Notes: generated by a model not told the origin, from the letters alone. Positions 21,308 to 30,962 are shown, counted from the first letter of the stretch. The stretch is 64,000 nucleotides of DNA from Capsulimonadaceae bacterium (GCA_965215505.1 OZ244065.1:3776001-3840000); one strand, 5' to 3'. Numbers and translations are program-made.

Positions 21308-21335
21308 TTAAACGAGGCGGGAATGGGAAAGTTCG
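21308..21335 (-). promoter_or_regulatory. ECF-type (auto)promoter
   Basis: Minus strand GAAC-N16-CGTTTAA just upstream of ECF gene RBS. Confidence 0.6.
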
Positions 21336-21416
21336 GCTCCGGGGCAGGAAGCGGGCGCGCGGGCGGCGAATAGGGGAGAAACGCCGGTCTGCCCGACGGC
21401 GGAGGAGATTTCAACG

Positions 21417-21827
21417 ATGAAGATTGCCCGCCCGTCCCGCCCCGCCCCTTTGGCCGCTCTGTCTCTGCTGGCCTTCGCCTTGGCCGGCTGCGCCTCCCCC
21501 AAGCCCACCGTCGTCGGCAAATGGCAGGGGACGGTCACGCAGCCAGGCGGTAACATGAGCACGCTATTCGAGTTCACGCCCGACAACAAGGAGACGATCA
21601 CCGTGACGCCGGTCGGCGTGCCGACGATCATCGTCATCCACGGCACCTACGCGATCAACGGCGCGAACATGACCCAGACCTTCACGACGATAACGATGGG
21701 AAGTCAAACCAGGCCCGCGCCTGCTTCCTCCGGCAGTCCCCGGCCGTTCACGCTGGACGGCGATCACCTGATGCTGTCGGACCCGACCGGCAAGCAGACG
21801 ATGACGCTGACGCGCGTGAAGCAGTGA
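21417..21827 (+). CDS. Lipoprotein, lipocalin-like beta-barrel
   Basis: Lipobox LAGC; VVGKWQG...FEFT...GTY...LTLTRVK. Confidence 0.8.
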   Translation: MKIARPSRPAPLAALSLLAFALAGCASPKPTVVGKWQGTVTQPGGNMSTLFEFTPDNKETITVTPVGVPTIIVIHGTYAINGANMTQTFTTITMGSQTRPAPASSGSPRPFTLDGDHLMLSDPTGKQTMTLTRVKQ

Positions 21828-21850
21828 CGGGCGGTAATAGAAAATCCCCG

Positions 21851-22267
21851 ATGAAGAAAACTTCCCTGTCCCTGCGCCCCGCCTCCCTCGCGGTTTTGCC
21901 CCTCCTGGCGGCTGTGCTGGCCGGCTGCGCCCCCAAGCCCACCATCGTCGGCAAGTGGCAGGGCACACTTACGCAGCCGGGCGGGGCGATCACCAGCACG
22001 TTCGAATTCACCCAGGGCGGCAAGGAGACGATCACCAGCCAGGCGACCGGCGGGGGGACAACGGTGGACATCACGGCGGGCGGCACCTACACCGTCAGCG
22101 GCACGAGCCTGACCCAGACCCTCACGACGATGACCCTGCGCGGCCAGCCCATGCCCATCCCGCCCGGCCAAGCCAAGTCTGCGCCGTTCACGCTGGACGG
22201 CGACCGCCTGACCCTGACCAGCCCCGGCACCGGCGAACCGCTGACGCTGACGCGCGTGAAGGAGTAG
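21851..22267 (+). CDS. Lipoprotein, tandem paralog of 21417-21827
   Basis: Lipobox LAGC; IVGKWQGTLTQPGG, PFTLDGD, LTLTRVK. Confidence 0.8.
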   Translation: MKKTSLSLRPASLAVLPLLAAVLAGCAPKPTIVGKWQGTLTQPGGAITSTFEFTQGGKETITSQATGGGTTVDITAGGTYTVSGTSLTQTLTTMTLRGQPMPIPPGQAKSAPFTLDGDRLTLTSPGTGEPLTLTRVKE

Positions 22268-22274
22268 GGCGGCC

Positions 22275-23690
22275 TCATGGGGGCGTGGCCGGGGCCTCAT
22301 ACGGCCCGTGGAAGATGCCGACCCGCGCGAGCGTCGGGCAGGCTTCGGAGTCGGTGATGGTGACGCGCACCTTGCGGGCCGTGACGGTGGGGAACCAGAG
22401 CAGCCGCTTGTAGCCGACCGTCGTTCCCCCGGCGACCTTCCGCCAGGAACCGTCCACATCCGCCTCGACGGTGAAGGCCGCGATGCGCTGCCCGAGCGGC
22501 AGGTACTCCTGGAGCATGACGTTGTTGAAGGCCGTCGGCGTCCCCAGGTCCACCTCCAGCGAGGCCGCCCGGACGCCGTCGCCCGCCGCCCAGTACCGGC
22601 CCGGCTCGCCGCCGACGGCATTGGCGGCGGCAAAGGTCCTGCCGCGCGCGTTTGTCGCCGTGGCCGGTCGGTGTGCTGCCAGGTCATGCCCGAAGATCGC
22701 TTTAACGGCCTGGCCGAACTCCTTCAGCCGGGCGACATCCGCGTCGGCGAACCGGCCCCGTCGGTCCGGTGGGACGTTCAGCAGCAGGACGGTCCCGCGT
22801 CCGACCGAGGCGTAGTAGATTTTCAGCAGGTCGGCCAGAGGCTTGACGCTGCCGTCCTGGTCGACATGGTAGTACCAGCCCGGACGGATCGAGACGTCTG
22901 CCTCGGTCGGGTCCCAGAACGGGGAGCCGTCGCGGCTGTCCCGATTGTTCCAGACGGTGGGGGGCGCGAAGCCGTCCTCATTGCCGACCCAGTGGACGGG
23001 GTTCACGGTGTTGCCGGAGCCGTCCGCGAAGATGACCGCGTGCGGGGCCAGTCTCTGGATGAGCGGGAAGAAGCGCGCCCAATCGTAGACCTGCTTTTTG
23101 CCGTTCGGCCCCTCGCCGTTGGCCCCGTCCAGCCAGACCTCGCCCATGTCGCCGTAGTGCGTCAGCAGCTCCGTCATCTGATTCATGTAGTAGGCGTTGT
23201 AGGTGTCCCCCTGCCCGTAGAGCGCCGAGTTGCGGTCCCAGGGCGAGAGGTAGATGCCCGGCGTGACGTTCTGCGCGCGGCAGGCGTCCGTGAACTCCCG
23301 CACCACATCGCCCCGCCCGCCCTTCCACGGGCTGTTCCTGACCGAATGCTCCGTCCAGACGCTCGGCCAGAGGCAGAAGCCATCGTGGTGCTTGGCCGTC
23401 AGGATGGCTTGCGTGATTCCGGCGGCTTTTAACGCGCTGATCCACTGATTACAGTCGAGCTGCGTGGGGTTGAACAGCTTGGGGTCTTCCTTCCCGTCGC
23501 CCCATTCCGCGCCGGTGAACGTGTTCATGTTGAAGTGGACGAAGGCGATCAGCTCGCGATGCTGCCAGGCCAGTTGCTGCGGCGTCGGCACCGGCCCGTA
23601 GGCGACCGGCGGCACGTCGGCAGGCGCGCGGCTCCCCGCCGCCATCGCCGCGCAGGCCAGCAGGGAACAGAAGAGCAGCAATGGTTTCAT
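22275..23690 (-). CDS. Alpha-L-fucosidase GH29 with C-terminal F5/8C (CBM32-like) domain
   Basis: TAKHHDGFCLWPS, YLSPWDRN, WLDGA, SIRPGWYYH, YYASVGRG, GQRI..F, GTTVGYKR. Confidence 0.92.
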   Translation of the reverse strand: MKPLLLFCSLLACAAMAAGSRAPADVPPVAYGPVPTPQQLAWQHRELIAFVHFNMNTFTGAEWGDGKEDPKLFNPTQLDCNQWISALKAAGITQAILTAKHHDGFCLWPSVWTEHSVRNSPWKGGRGDVVREFTDACRAQNVTPGIYLSPWDRNSALYGQGDTYNAYYMNQMTELLTHYGDMGEVWLDGANGEGPNGKKQVYDWARFFPLIQRLAPHAVIFADGSGNTVNPVHWVGNEDGFAPPTVWNNRDSRDGSPFWDPTEADVSIRPGWYYHVDQDGSVKPLADLLKIYYASVGRGTVLLLNVPPDRRGRFADADVARLKEFGQAVKAIFGHDLAAHRPATATNARGRTFAAANAVGGEPGRYWAAGDGVRAASLEVDLGTPTAFNNVMLQEYLPLGQRIAAFTVEADVDGSWRKVAGGTTVGYKRLLWFPTVTARKVRVTITDSEACPTLARVGIFHGPYEAPATPP

Positions 23691-23811
23691 GGAATCTCCT
23701 CAAGAGGCGCTGATGACGGCAGCCCCCACCCCCCTTTTAGCCCTCTGGGTGCTTGATTCCTTCCAAACGGTCCTCAAGTCGTGCCGAGGCTTGGCCCAGG
23801 GAGCGGCGACG

Positions 23812-23844
23812 AAAAAGGCGCGGGTGGGACTTCCCACCCGCGCC
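23812..23844 (-). terminator. Intrinsic terminator of ScyD/ScyE gene
   Basis: GGCGCGGGTGGGA-AG-TCCCACCCGCGCC-TTTTT on minus strand. Confidence 0.8.
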
Positions 23845-23872
23845 GCCCGTCTCCCCGTGGGGTTCCGGGGGG

Positions 23873-25207
23873 TCAGTCTGACGCCTCCCCGTTCCGCTTC
23901 TTGCGCCGGGCGGCGACCACCAGCCCGCCAAGGCCCAGGGCCAGCAACAGGCCGAAGGAGACGGTGGTGGCGGCCTCGGGGACGGGGGAGTTCAGGGAGT
24001 AGCGCAGGACCTCGCCGCTCCCCTCGAACGTGCCCTGGCTGTTCATCACGCCCTGGCTGGAGATGAAAAGGGCGTTGCCCGGCCCGGCGATCAGGGCGGT
24101 GTAGTCGATGCCGCCGGGGAGGGAGGCGAGGAGGGTGTGTACGCCGGACGGGTCCACCTGGAACAACTGGGCGGCACCCGGATTCGGGCCGAGGCCGTTG
24201 GTGGTTTCATCCAGCACATACATGTTCCCGTTCGGGCCGAACGTCAGGCCGGTGATCGTCGTGAAGCCGCCGGAGCCGGCGAAGGAGAACGGCTTGCCGG
24301 AGGCCGGGTCCAGGCGGAACACGCTCGCGCCCCCGGCGGGGAAGGGGTAGCCGGTGAACTCGCCGGCGTACAGGCCGCCCTTGCCGTCCAGGGCCAGGGC
24401 GGTGGGCACCGACTGGAAGGTCGGGCCGCCCCGGCCGGTCGTGTTCGGGGCGGCGGGGAGCGCACTCAGCAGGGAAGGAGCGCCGCCGCCCGCCGGGGCC
24501 TGGAGGACGACGTTCCCGCCGCCGTCGGATATGGCGAACCCGCCGCCGGGGAGGGCCGCCAGGCCGTAGGGGTTCGCCTCGGGGACGGACCGGTCCGGGT
24601 TGTTCGCGGCATAGTTCTGGGTCTCATACGGCACCAGGTCGGACAGCGGCGTCACGGTGTTGGAGCCGGTGTTGAGCCGGACGAGCTGGCCCAGGTCTGC
24701 GGCGTTCGTCGCGCCCGCGCCGGTCGCGCCGAGGACGTCCGTGACGAGCTGGGTGCGCTGCGCTTCGGTGCCGCCCAGGCCGAAGGCTCCGTAGAGCTGG
24801 CCGCTGCTGTCGAAGGCGATGCCCTGGAGTCCGGTGGTCTCGCCGCCCCCGGCGGGGCCGAGCGAGGGCAGGCCGCTGATGACCCGCGTCTGGATGCCGT
24901 TCTGGAGGCGGCTGACGGCGCCCGTGTCGCCGAAGTAGGTGGCGACGCCTGCGCCGCTGACGAAGCCGGGGCCGGTCGCGGCGCTGTGGTTGCCCGTCCC
25001 GCCCTCGGCGACATACAGGCCGCCGCCGGGGCTGACGGCAAGGCCGTAAGGGTTGTCCAGGCCCGTCATGACCGGCTGGAACCCGGCCTGGGCTCGGGCC
25101 GCCGGGGCCAGCGCGGGCATGAGGGCGAGTGCGCCCAAAGCCGCGCGAGCGGTAGTCCGCGCGAGCGAGAGGCGGCCAGTCGAGGGCTGCTTGATGATCT
25201 TCTGCAT
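23873..25207 (-). CDS. ScyD/ScyE-family beta-propeller protein with PEP-CTERM sorting signal
   Basis: GLDNPYGL, LYVAEGG, ISGLPS, NPYGL, QSVPT, GEFTGYPF; VPEAATTVSFGLLLALGLGGLVVAARRKK. Confidence 0.88.
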   Translation of the reverse strand: MQKIIKQPSTGRLSLARTTARAALGALALMPALAPAARAQAGFQPVMTGLDNPYGLAVSPGGGLYVAEGGTGNHSAATGPGFVSGAGVATYFGDTGAVSRLQNGIQTRVISGLPSLGPAGGGETTGLQGIAFDSSGQLYGAFGLGGTEAQRTQLVTDVLGATGAGATNAADLGQLVRLNTGSNTVTPLSDLVPYETQNYAANNPDRSVPEANPYGLAALPGGGFAISDGGGNVVLQAPAGGGAPSLLSALPAAPNTTGRGGPTFQSVPTALALDGKGGLYAGEFTGYPFPAGGASVFRLDPASGKPFSFAGSGGFTTITGLTFGPNGNMYVLDETTNGLGPNPGAAQLFQVDPSGVHTLLASLPGGIDYTALIAGPGNALFISSQGVMNSQGTFEGSGEVLRYSLNSPVPEAATTVSFGLLLALGLGGLVVAARRKKRNGEASD

Positions 25208-25315
25208 GTTCGTGTTCTCCTCCGGCGATTCGTCTGTACGGAGAGAATAGCACCCGGAGCGTAATGCAAAGCGTAACTAAATCGCGGGGAATTTGTGCAT
25301 GGAAAGGATATCCGG

Positions 25316-25353
25316 AAAAACAGGGGCCGACGGCATCATGCCGTCGGCCCCTG
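25316..25353 (-). terminator. Intrinsic terminator after chimeric relic
   Basis: Perfect palindrome CAGGGGCCGACGGCAT/ATGCCGTCGGCCCCTG followed by T5 on minus strand. Confidence 0.7.
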
Positions 25354-25406
25354 CTGTAAAGTACGACTCGCCCCAAATTTCCGCCCTGGGCCTTATCGCC
25401 CTCGCT

Positions 25407-25577
25407 CTAAAGGGACGCTCCCGCAAAGTCATGCCGGTCCAGGGCGTATCTGACGGCGGGGTGACCCGTCACTTCTCCCGTCCGCGGGTCGGCGAGCGTG
25501 TTCCTGTTGAAGTGGATGAAGGCGATCTGCTCACGCTGCTGCCAGGGCAGCAGGGAACAAAGCAGCAACGATTTCAT
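25407..25577 (-). pseudogene. Chimeric relic: GH29 N-terminal fragments fused to GNAT C-terminal fragment
   Basis: MKSLLLCSLL/WQQREQIAFIHFNRNT matches fucosidase 23690; DPRTGEVTGHPAVRYALDRHDFA matches GNAT 26674 end. Confidence 0.8.
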
Positions 25578-25700
25578 GGGGTCTCCTCGCGAGGCGCTGA
25601 TGACGGCGGACCTCACACTCCCCTTATCCCTCCTTGTGCTTGACTCCTTCCGACAGGCTCCCAAGCCGTGCCCAGGCTCGACCCAGGGGGCGGCGACGGA
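25578..25700. repeat. Diverged direct repeat of fucosidase upstream region (23691-23812)
   Basis: GAGGCGCTGATGACGGC, GTGCTTGA.TCCTTCC, CCCAGGG.GCGGCGACG shared in same order. Confidence 0.85.
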
Positions 25701-25903
25701 AGGTGAGGGCTGGGGAGGGTTCCGGCACGGCGGCGGGCGGCACGAAGCTCAGGTCGAGCGTCACGCTGCTTCTGGGGGTAAGCGCGAGGTTCTGAAATTT
25801 GGCGAACACGTCCGTGGCGTCTGGCGATGGGGGATCTGCCCGTCTCGCTTATGCGAAGGTCGGCGAAGGTGGCTTGGCCGACACTGTTGAAAGAGGCAGA
25901 CAT
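25700..25903 (-). pseudogene. PEP-CTERM protein remnant
   Basis: ...DVFAKFQNLALTPRSSVTLDLSFVPPAAVPEPSPALTF, cut before the TM helix at the duplication junction. Confidence 0.45.
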
Positions 25904-25923
25904 AAATCACCTCTCAGACGGTT

Positions 25924-26292
25924 TCACAGGGCGAAGCGGATGGGGCTGCCGTCCGCCGCGCCTCGATTCGCGGCGGGCGCGCCGGGCCTGGAGTCTACCG
26001 GCTTAGTCAGGTCCAGGAGCGCCTGCCCGTCACCCGCCGCGCGCATGATCCGCGCGAAGACTTCGCCTGCTTTGGCCTCCGCCTCGTGGTGTCCACAGTC
26101 GGGGCGGACCGGGAACGAGGCCAGGGAATACTTGCGCTCGTCGGGGAAGTGTGCCTCCACGTCGAACCGCACCGCGTCCTTGGCGGGGGCGCGTCCGCCG
26201 GCGGCGGGGCCGGAGGCTCTGGACTCCTGGACGACGACGCGCGCGGCCAGGCCCAGGTTGATGCAATTATTCTCCGAGATCTTGACCCACAT
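25924..26292 (-). CDS. Hypothetical protein
   Basis: 122-aa ORF with upstream promoter-like motif; MWVKISENNCINL. Confidence 0.65.
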   Translation of the reverse strand: MWVKISENNCINLGLAARVVVQESRASGPAAGGRAPAKDAVRFDVEAHFPDERKYSLASFPVRPDCGHHEAEAKAGEVFARIMRAAGDGQALLDLTKPVDSRPGAPAANRGAADGSPIRFAL

Positions 26293-26347
26293 CTTTCGGG
26301 CACTCTTTTCTATCTTGATACAGTCGCTTGCTACGATCGGACGTTGT

Positions 26348-26376
26348 ATTATCTTCTAATGCACAGACCATGCCAA
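26348..26376 (-). promoter_or_regulatory. Putative promoter (sigma70 TTGGCA-N17-GATAAT overlapping sigma54-like GG-N10-GC)
   Basis: Minus strand TTGGCATGGTCTGTGCATTAGAAGATAAT. Confidence 0.45.
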
Positions 26377-26673
26377 GTCTTCCTGTGGGAGCGGGGTGAG
26401 GGGCGGGAGCAGGATGAAGGGCGGGAGAGGAACGCGATGCGGGAGGCCGGCGACTACCAGTTATAAGGCCGAAGGGGGAGCGAAAGAGGCACCGTCGGCA
26501 ATCCAAACCGCTTGCAGCACCGACACCGCGAGGTTTTGGCCTGTTCAGCGAGGAGCGAGGCCAGAACGGCCCCCGCGCCTCGCCGGCCTCGCTTCAGGGG
26601 GGCGACCGACTCTGTAACCCGAGATCAATGCGGCGTTGTAACCCGGCGTTCACCAAACCCACGCGCGGGCCGC

Positions 26674-27234
26674 CTACGCCGCGAACTCGTGTCGGTCCAG
26701 CGCGTACTCGACGGCGGGGTGGCGCGTCACTTCTCCCGTTTCCGGGTCGGTGAACTCGTAAGTGTAGCCGCGCTCGAAGCGCAGGCCGCTCTTCTCCAGG
26801 ACGCGGACCGAGGCGACGTTCGCGGCCAGGGCGGTCGCTGTGACTCGGGCCGTGCCTGGCTCCAGGAAGCCCTTTCGGATGAGTGCGCGCGACCCCTCGG
26901 TCGCGCAGCCCTTGCCCCAGGCGGACTTTTTGAATCGGTAGCCCAACTCGACCTCATCCGGGCTTCCTTTGGCGGGCCGGAAGTGGAACCAGCCGATGTC
27001 TTCGCCGGTCGCCTTTAGGGTAGCCACCCAGTAGCCGTAGCCTTCGTACCTCTCGTGATAGGCGAGGTTGCGGGGGATCAGGACATCGCGGTAGAAGGCA
27101 TACGGCATGCGGCGGCCGTCCAGGTTGGTGAACCGGATCACGTCGGGGTCGCCGTCCAGCGCGTACAGGAAGTCCGTATCATCCGCAGTGAAGCGGCGAA
27201 GGAGGAGGCGGTCGGTTTCCAGGAAGACGGTCAT
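26674..27234 (-). CDS. RimJ/RimL-family GNAT acetyltransferase
   Basis: LETDRLLLRRF, ELGYRFKKSAWGKG.ATE, NVASVRVLEKSG. Confidence 0.9.
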   Translation of the reverse strand: MTVFLETDRLLLRRFTADDTDFLYALDGDPDVIRFTNLDGRRMPYAFYRDVLIPRNLAYHERYEGYGYWVATLKATGEDIGWFHFRPAKGSPDEVELGYRFKKSAWGKGCATEGSRALIRKGFLEPGTARVTATALAANVASVRVLEKSGLRFERGYTYEFTDPETGEVTRHPAVEYALDRHEFAA

Positions 27235-27259
27235 GGATACTATCCTGGCGGCTGGGGCC

Positions 27260-29287
27260 TCAGAGGCGGCGGAGCAGGAGGGCGCAGACGTCGTCGCGGA
27301 AGACGCCCTGCGCGTGGGCGTCCGCCTCGGCGACGATCCGGGCCGCCGCTTCCTGGGCGTCCGGCTCGCCCGCGTGGGCGCGCAGGAAGCGGAGGAGGCC
27401 CTCCGTCCCCAGCAGGTCCAGCCGGGTCGGTCCGGCCTCGGAAAGCCCGTCGGTGTGCAGCAGCAGCGTGTCGCCCGGCGCGAGCGTGACGCGGCCCTCG
27501 GTGTAGGCGGCGTTCTCCCAGACCCCGAGCGGCGGCCCGGTCGGCTCCAGCCGGTCGGCCTGCCCGCCTTCGGCCCGGTGCAGCAGCCCCGGCTCGTGGC
27601 CGCAGGAGGCGTAGACGATCTCGCCGGTCCGGGCGTCATACAGGCCCGCGAAGAGGGTGACGAAGCCTTGGATGAGGTCGTGGGCGGTGACGATGGTGTT
27701 CAGGCCGGTCAGGGCCGGGGCGGGCGCGCGGTACTGGTACAGCACGCCGCGCAGCATGTTGCGGACCGTCGCGAGCTGGGCGGCGGCGGCGAGGCCCTTG
27801 CCGGAAACGTCGCCGATGACGACCGCGTACAGCTCTTTGTCCAGGGCGAACACGTCGTAGAAGTCGCCCCCGACCCGCGCTTCATCCAGGGCGGGCTTGC
27901 TAAAGGCCCCCAGGGCGAGGCCGGGGACCTCGGCGGGGATGGCGGGCTGCAAGGCGGCCTGCAAGGCGTCCGCGATGCGCCGCTCGCGCTGCCGGACGCG
28001 GGCGGCTTCCAGGGCGGCCTGTGCCTGCGAGGCGATGGCCTCCACCAGCATGACCTCGTTCGATGTCCACCGGCGCGGCACGTCCACCATCGCGACGCCC
28101 AGGGCCGTCATGGTGAGGCCGGGGGAGAGCGGTGCGCGGATGAGGGCGCGCAAACGGCCCCGGTCGTCCGGGTTGACCGCCCCGCCGCCGGGCAGGGCGG
28201 CGACGTCCTCGATGACGTGGGTGTGCCCGGCCAGGTACGCCGGGTCCCGGTTGTAGCTGTAGGAGAAGGCGTCGTACTCGCCCATTAGCGAGGGGCGGCC
28301 CTCCCGGTGCCACTCCGGCTGGAGGACGCCGCTGCCGGCCGCCAGGTCGTAGGTAACGAAGTAGCAGTGGTCTACGTCTAAGGCGCGGCCCAAGGCGTCC
28401 ACGGCGATTCTCAGCACCGCCGCCGGCTCCTCGGCGGCGCGGATCGCCTGGCTGATCCGGTTGACCAGCCGCTCGCGCTCGAACGAGGCCGCCAGCTCGC
28501 GCTCGGCCTCCTTGCGGCCCGTGATGTCCATCGTGATGCCGTCGAACCGGACGGGGATGCCCACGTCGTCGTAGTAGCCGCGGCCGACGGCATTGACCCA
28601 GCGCGTCCTCCCGTCGGGTGCCTGGGTGCGGTACTCGATGTTGTACTCGGTACGCTCCTCGATGGCGCGGTTGACCGCCTCCCGCGTCCGCTCCCGGTCG
28701 TCCGGGTGCAGCAGGGAGTAGAAGAGGGTGAAATCCACCTCAGCGTTCGGCGGCAGGAAGAAGTGTTCCTTGCACGTCTGGTTCCACAGGATCTTATCGA
28801 AGGGCCACTCACAGTAGAACGTCCCCAGGCGGGCGGCCCCCAGGGCGAGCTGCAAGTCCTGTTCGCTCCGGCGCAGGGCCTCCTCAGCCCGCCGCCGCTC
28901 GGTGATGTCGGTCATCAGGGAGAAGGTGCCCGCGTAGACCCCGTCCTCCTTGATGATGCTGACCGCGGCGATCACCCAGCACGCGCCGCCGTCCTTGCGC
29001 CGCAGGCGGACTTCATACTGTTCCCGCTCCCCCTGCCGCCGCGCCGCGCGCCGCTCGCGCCCCCGTTCGGCGTCCTCGGGGAACAGCAGGTCGTACACGG
29101 GCCGCCCCTCCAGCTCGCCAAGCCCCCAGCCCACCATCTCCGCCATCCGGGCGTTGGCGTAGGTGATCCGGTCGTCGGCGTCCACGCGCACCAAGCCCTC
29201 CAGGGAGAGGTCCAAGAGGCGCTGGTACAGCATCTCGGCCACGGGGGGCGCAGCCGAGAAGGCGGGTTGTTCTTCGGGAGGGTTCAT
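27260..29287 (-). CDS. PAS-PAS-GAF-SpoIIE (PP2C/RsbU-like) phosphatase
   Basis: Two PAS/PAC (DITERRRAE, HPDDRE, DITGRK), GAF, VGGDFYD, IGDVSGKG, HTDGLSE, DDVCAL. Confidence 0.93.
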   Translation of the reverse strand: MNPPEEQPAFSAAPPVAEMLYQRLLDLSLEGLVRVDADDRITYANARMAEMVGWGLGELEGRPVYDLLFPEDAERGRERRAARRQGEREQYEVRLRRKDGGACWVIAAVSIIKEDGVYAGTFSLMTDITERRRAEEALRRSEQDLQLALGAARLGTFYCEWPFDKILWNQTCKEHFFLPPNAEVDFTLFYSLLHPDDRERTREAVNRAIEERTEYNIEYRTQAPDGRTRWVNAVGRGYYDDVGIPVRFDGITMDITGRKEAERELAASFERERLVNRISQAIRAAEEPAAVLRIAVDALGRALDVDHCYFVTYDLAAGSGVLQPEWHREGRPSLMGEYDAFSYSYNRDPAYLAGHTHVIEDVAALPGGGAVNPDDRGRLRALIRAPLSPGLTMTALGVAMVDVPRRWTSNEVMLVEAIASQAQAALEAARVRQRERRIADALQAALQPAIPAEVPGLALGAFSKPALDEARVGGDFYDVFALDKELYAVVIGDVSGKGLAAAAQLATVRNMLRGVLYQYRAPAPALTGLNTIVTAHDLIQGFVTLFAGLYDARTGEIVYASCGHEPGLLHRAEGGQADRLEPTGPPLGVWENAAYTEGRVTLAPGDTLLLHTDGLSEAGPTRLDLLGTEGLLRFLRAHAGEPDAQEAAARIVAEADAHAQGVFRDDVCALLLRRL

Positions 29288-29466
29288 AACGGCATCAACA
29301 GGGACATATTACCCGATACGACGCTTCTGGTGAGGCCATTGGGACAGAATTCTTGCGCCGTGTCGCCTGGGCGGGACAAAAGCGGGCAGGAGACGGTGCG
29401 GGACGCGGCGAGCTCTGGGTCAAAGGTGTGTCTGCTGCTCCGGGCACAGCTTCAGGACGAGCTTCA

Positions 29467-29598
29467 GGACGAGTGAATGAATTCACTCGCTGCCGCCGGA
29501 CCTGTCCAGGGGACAGGAGAGGGAGAAGGACGGCGTCGTCTTGTTCTCGCGTCCCTTGGACGCCTCCAGTCGCAGCGAGTGAATTCATTCACTCGTCC
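29467..29598. repeat. REPIN/MITE-like element, family A copy 3
   Basis: Variant palindrome CGAGTGAATGAATTCACTCG; preceded by 12-bp duplication GCTTCAGGACGA. Confidence 0.9.
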
Positions 29599-29607
29599 TG
29601 AACCATC

Positions 29608-30730
29608 ATGCCATACATGCTCGGAAACCACCCACATTTCGTGCCCTGGACCGACCCCGTCTCGGGCGTCCGCAGCTTCCTCCTGAACGAACACGTCGCC
29701 CCGGTTCAGATGGTCATATACTTCGTCAACCCCGCCGTCTCCGCCGACGAGAAGTGGCTCTGGTTCGGCTGCGGCTACCCGCCCAGCCCGTACAAGCGGC
29801 TGGGGGTTGTGAGCCTCGACTCGGATAACCCGTTCATCAGGGTCTTCCAAGAGGCGACGTTTCAGTCCGAAACCCCGCTGGTCTCCGCCGCCGGGGACTC
29901 CTGCTACTTCGCCTGTGATACGGGCGTCTATGAGGTGAACACCGCCGGCGAAGTGCGGCCCGTCTTGCAGATACCGCCGGAGATACTCAAAAACAGGCCG
30001 CTGGCCCGCGTCGCCACCCACCTCACGCTCTCCGCCGACGGGAGGTGCATGCTGCTCGATGGCGCGTTCGCATCGGGGCGGTGGTTCGTCGCGCTGGGCG
30101 ACATGGCGACCGGCGAGGTGCGGGTGCTGAAGGAGTGGACCCGGCACATGAACCACGCCCAGTTCTCGCCGACCGACCCGGAACTCTTCTCCATCGCGCA
30201 GGACTGGTGGCACGACCCGGTCAGCGGGCAGGCCTACCCCTTCGACCAAAGGATCTGGCTGATGGACACCCGGAACACGCGCTATGAGCCGCTGCGCCCC
30301 GGCGACTGGTTCGGCCACGGCACGCAGGCCTGTCACGAGTGGTGGGATAAGCAGGGCCGCCTGTGCTGGGTGGATTATCAGGCCGGCGCGATGCGCTGCG
30401 ATGTCGGCACGCGCCGTGGAACACATCTGGGAGCGCGCGCTGTGTCACGCCCACTGCGACGCCTCGGGCGAGCTGTGGTGCGCGGACCAGTCGCCCTATC
30501 TGTGGCAGGAGCGGCCCTGTGAGGTGCTGTTCTTCAACTCGCGCACCGGCAAAGAGGTGGCTGTCGCGTCGGCGATGCCCCAGCCGTCCCTCCCGCGCAG
30601 CCCGCTCCACCTCGACCCGCACCCGCACTTCTCGCCTCAGGGGACCTATATCACCACGATGTTCACCGTGCGCGGTCTGCCGGAAGTCGCGCTCACCGAG
30701 GTTGCCCCGCTCGTGGCGCGGACGCAGTAG
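29608..30730 (+). pseudogene. Frameshifted oligogalacturonate-lyase/TolB-like beta-propeller gene
   Basis: NHAQFSPTDP, QRIW, CHEWW in one frame; continues in another frame as CHAHC..., HLDPHPHFSP after ~30412. Confidence 0.7.
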
Positions 30731-30962
30731 CCCAAAGCGTTCCGGCCCGTCCGGGTCCTCGGAGGGGCGGGGAGGCCCCGCCCTCTTCAATCCCTCCGCT
30801 CTTCCACCCTCCGCTGAGGGCGCGGCAGGAGAAGAGGGCGCGATGAATCGCGCCCCTACGCCATCCCCGTTCCGTCCTGACCCTTCCTCAACCGCGCAGC
30901 GGTTTTCACTCAACAGTAGACCGGCCATTCATGGCCGGGACGTTCTTCGGACCGTAAGAGGT

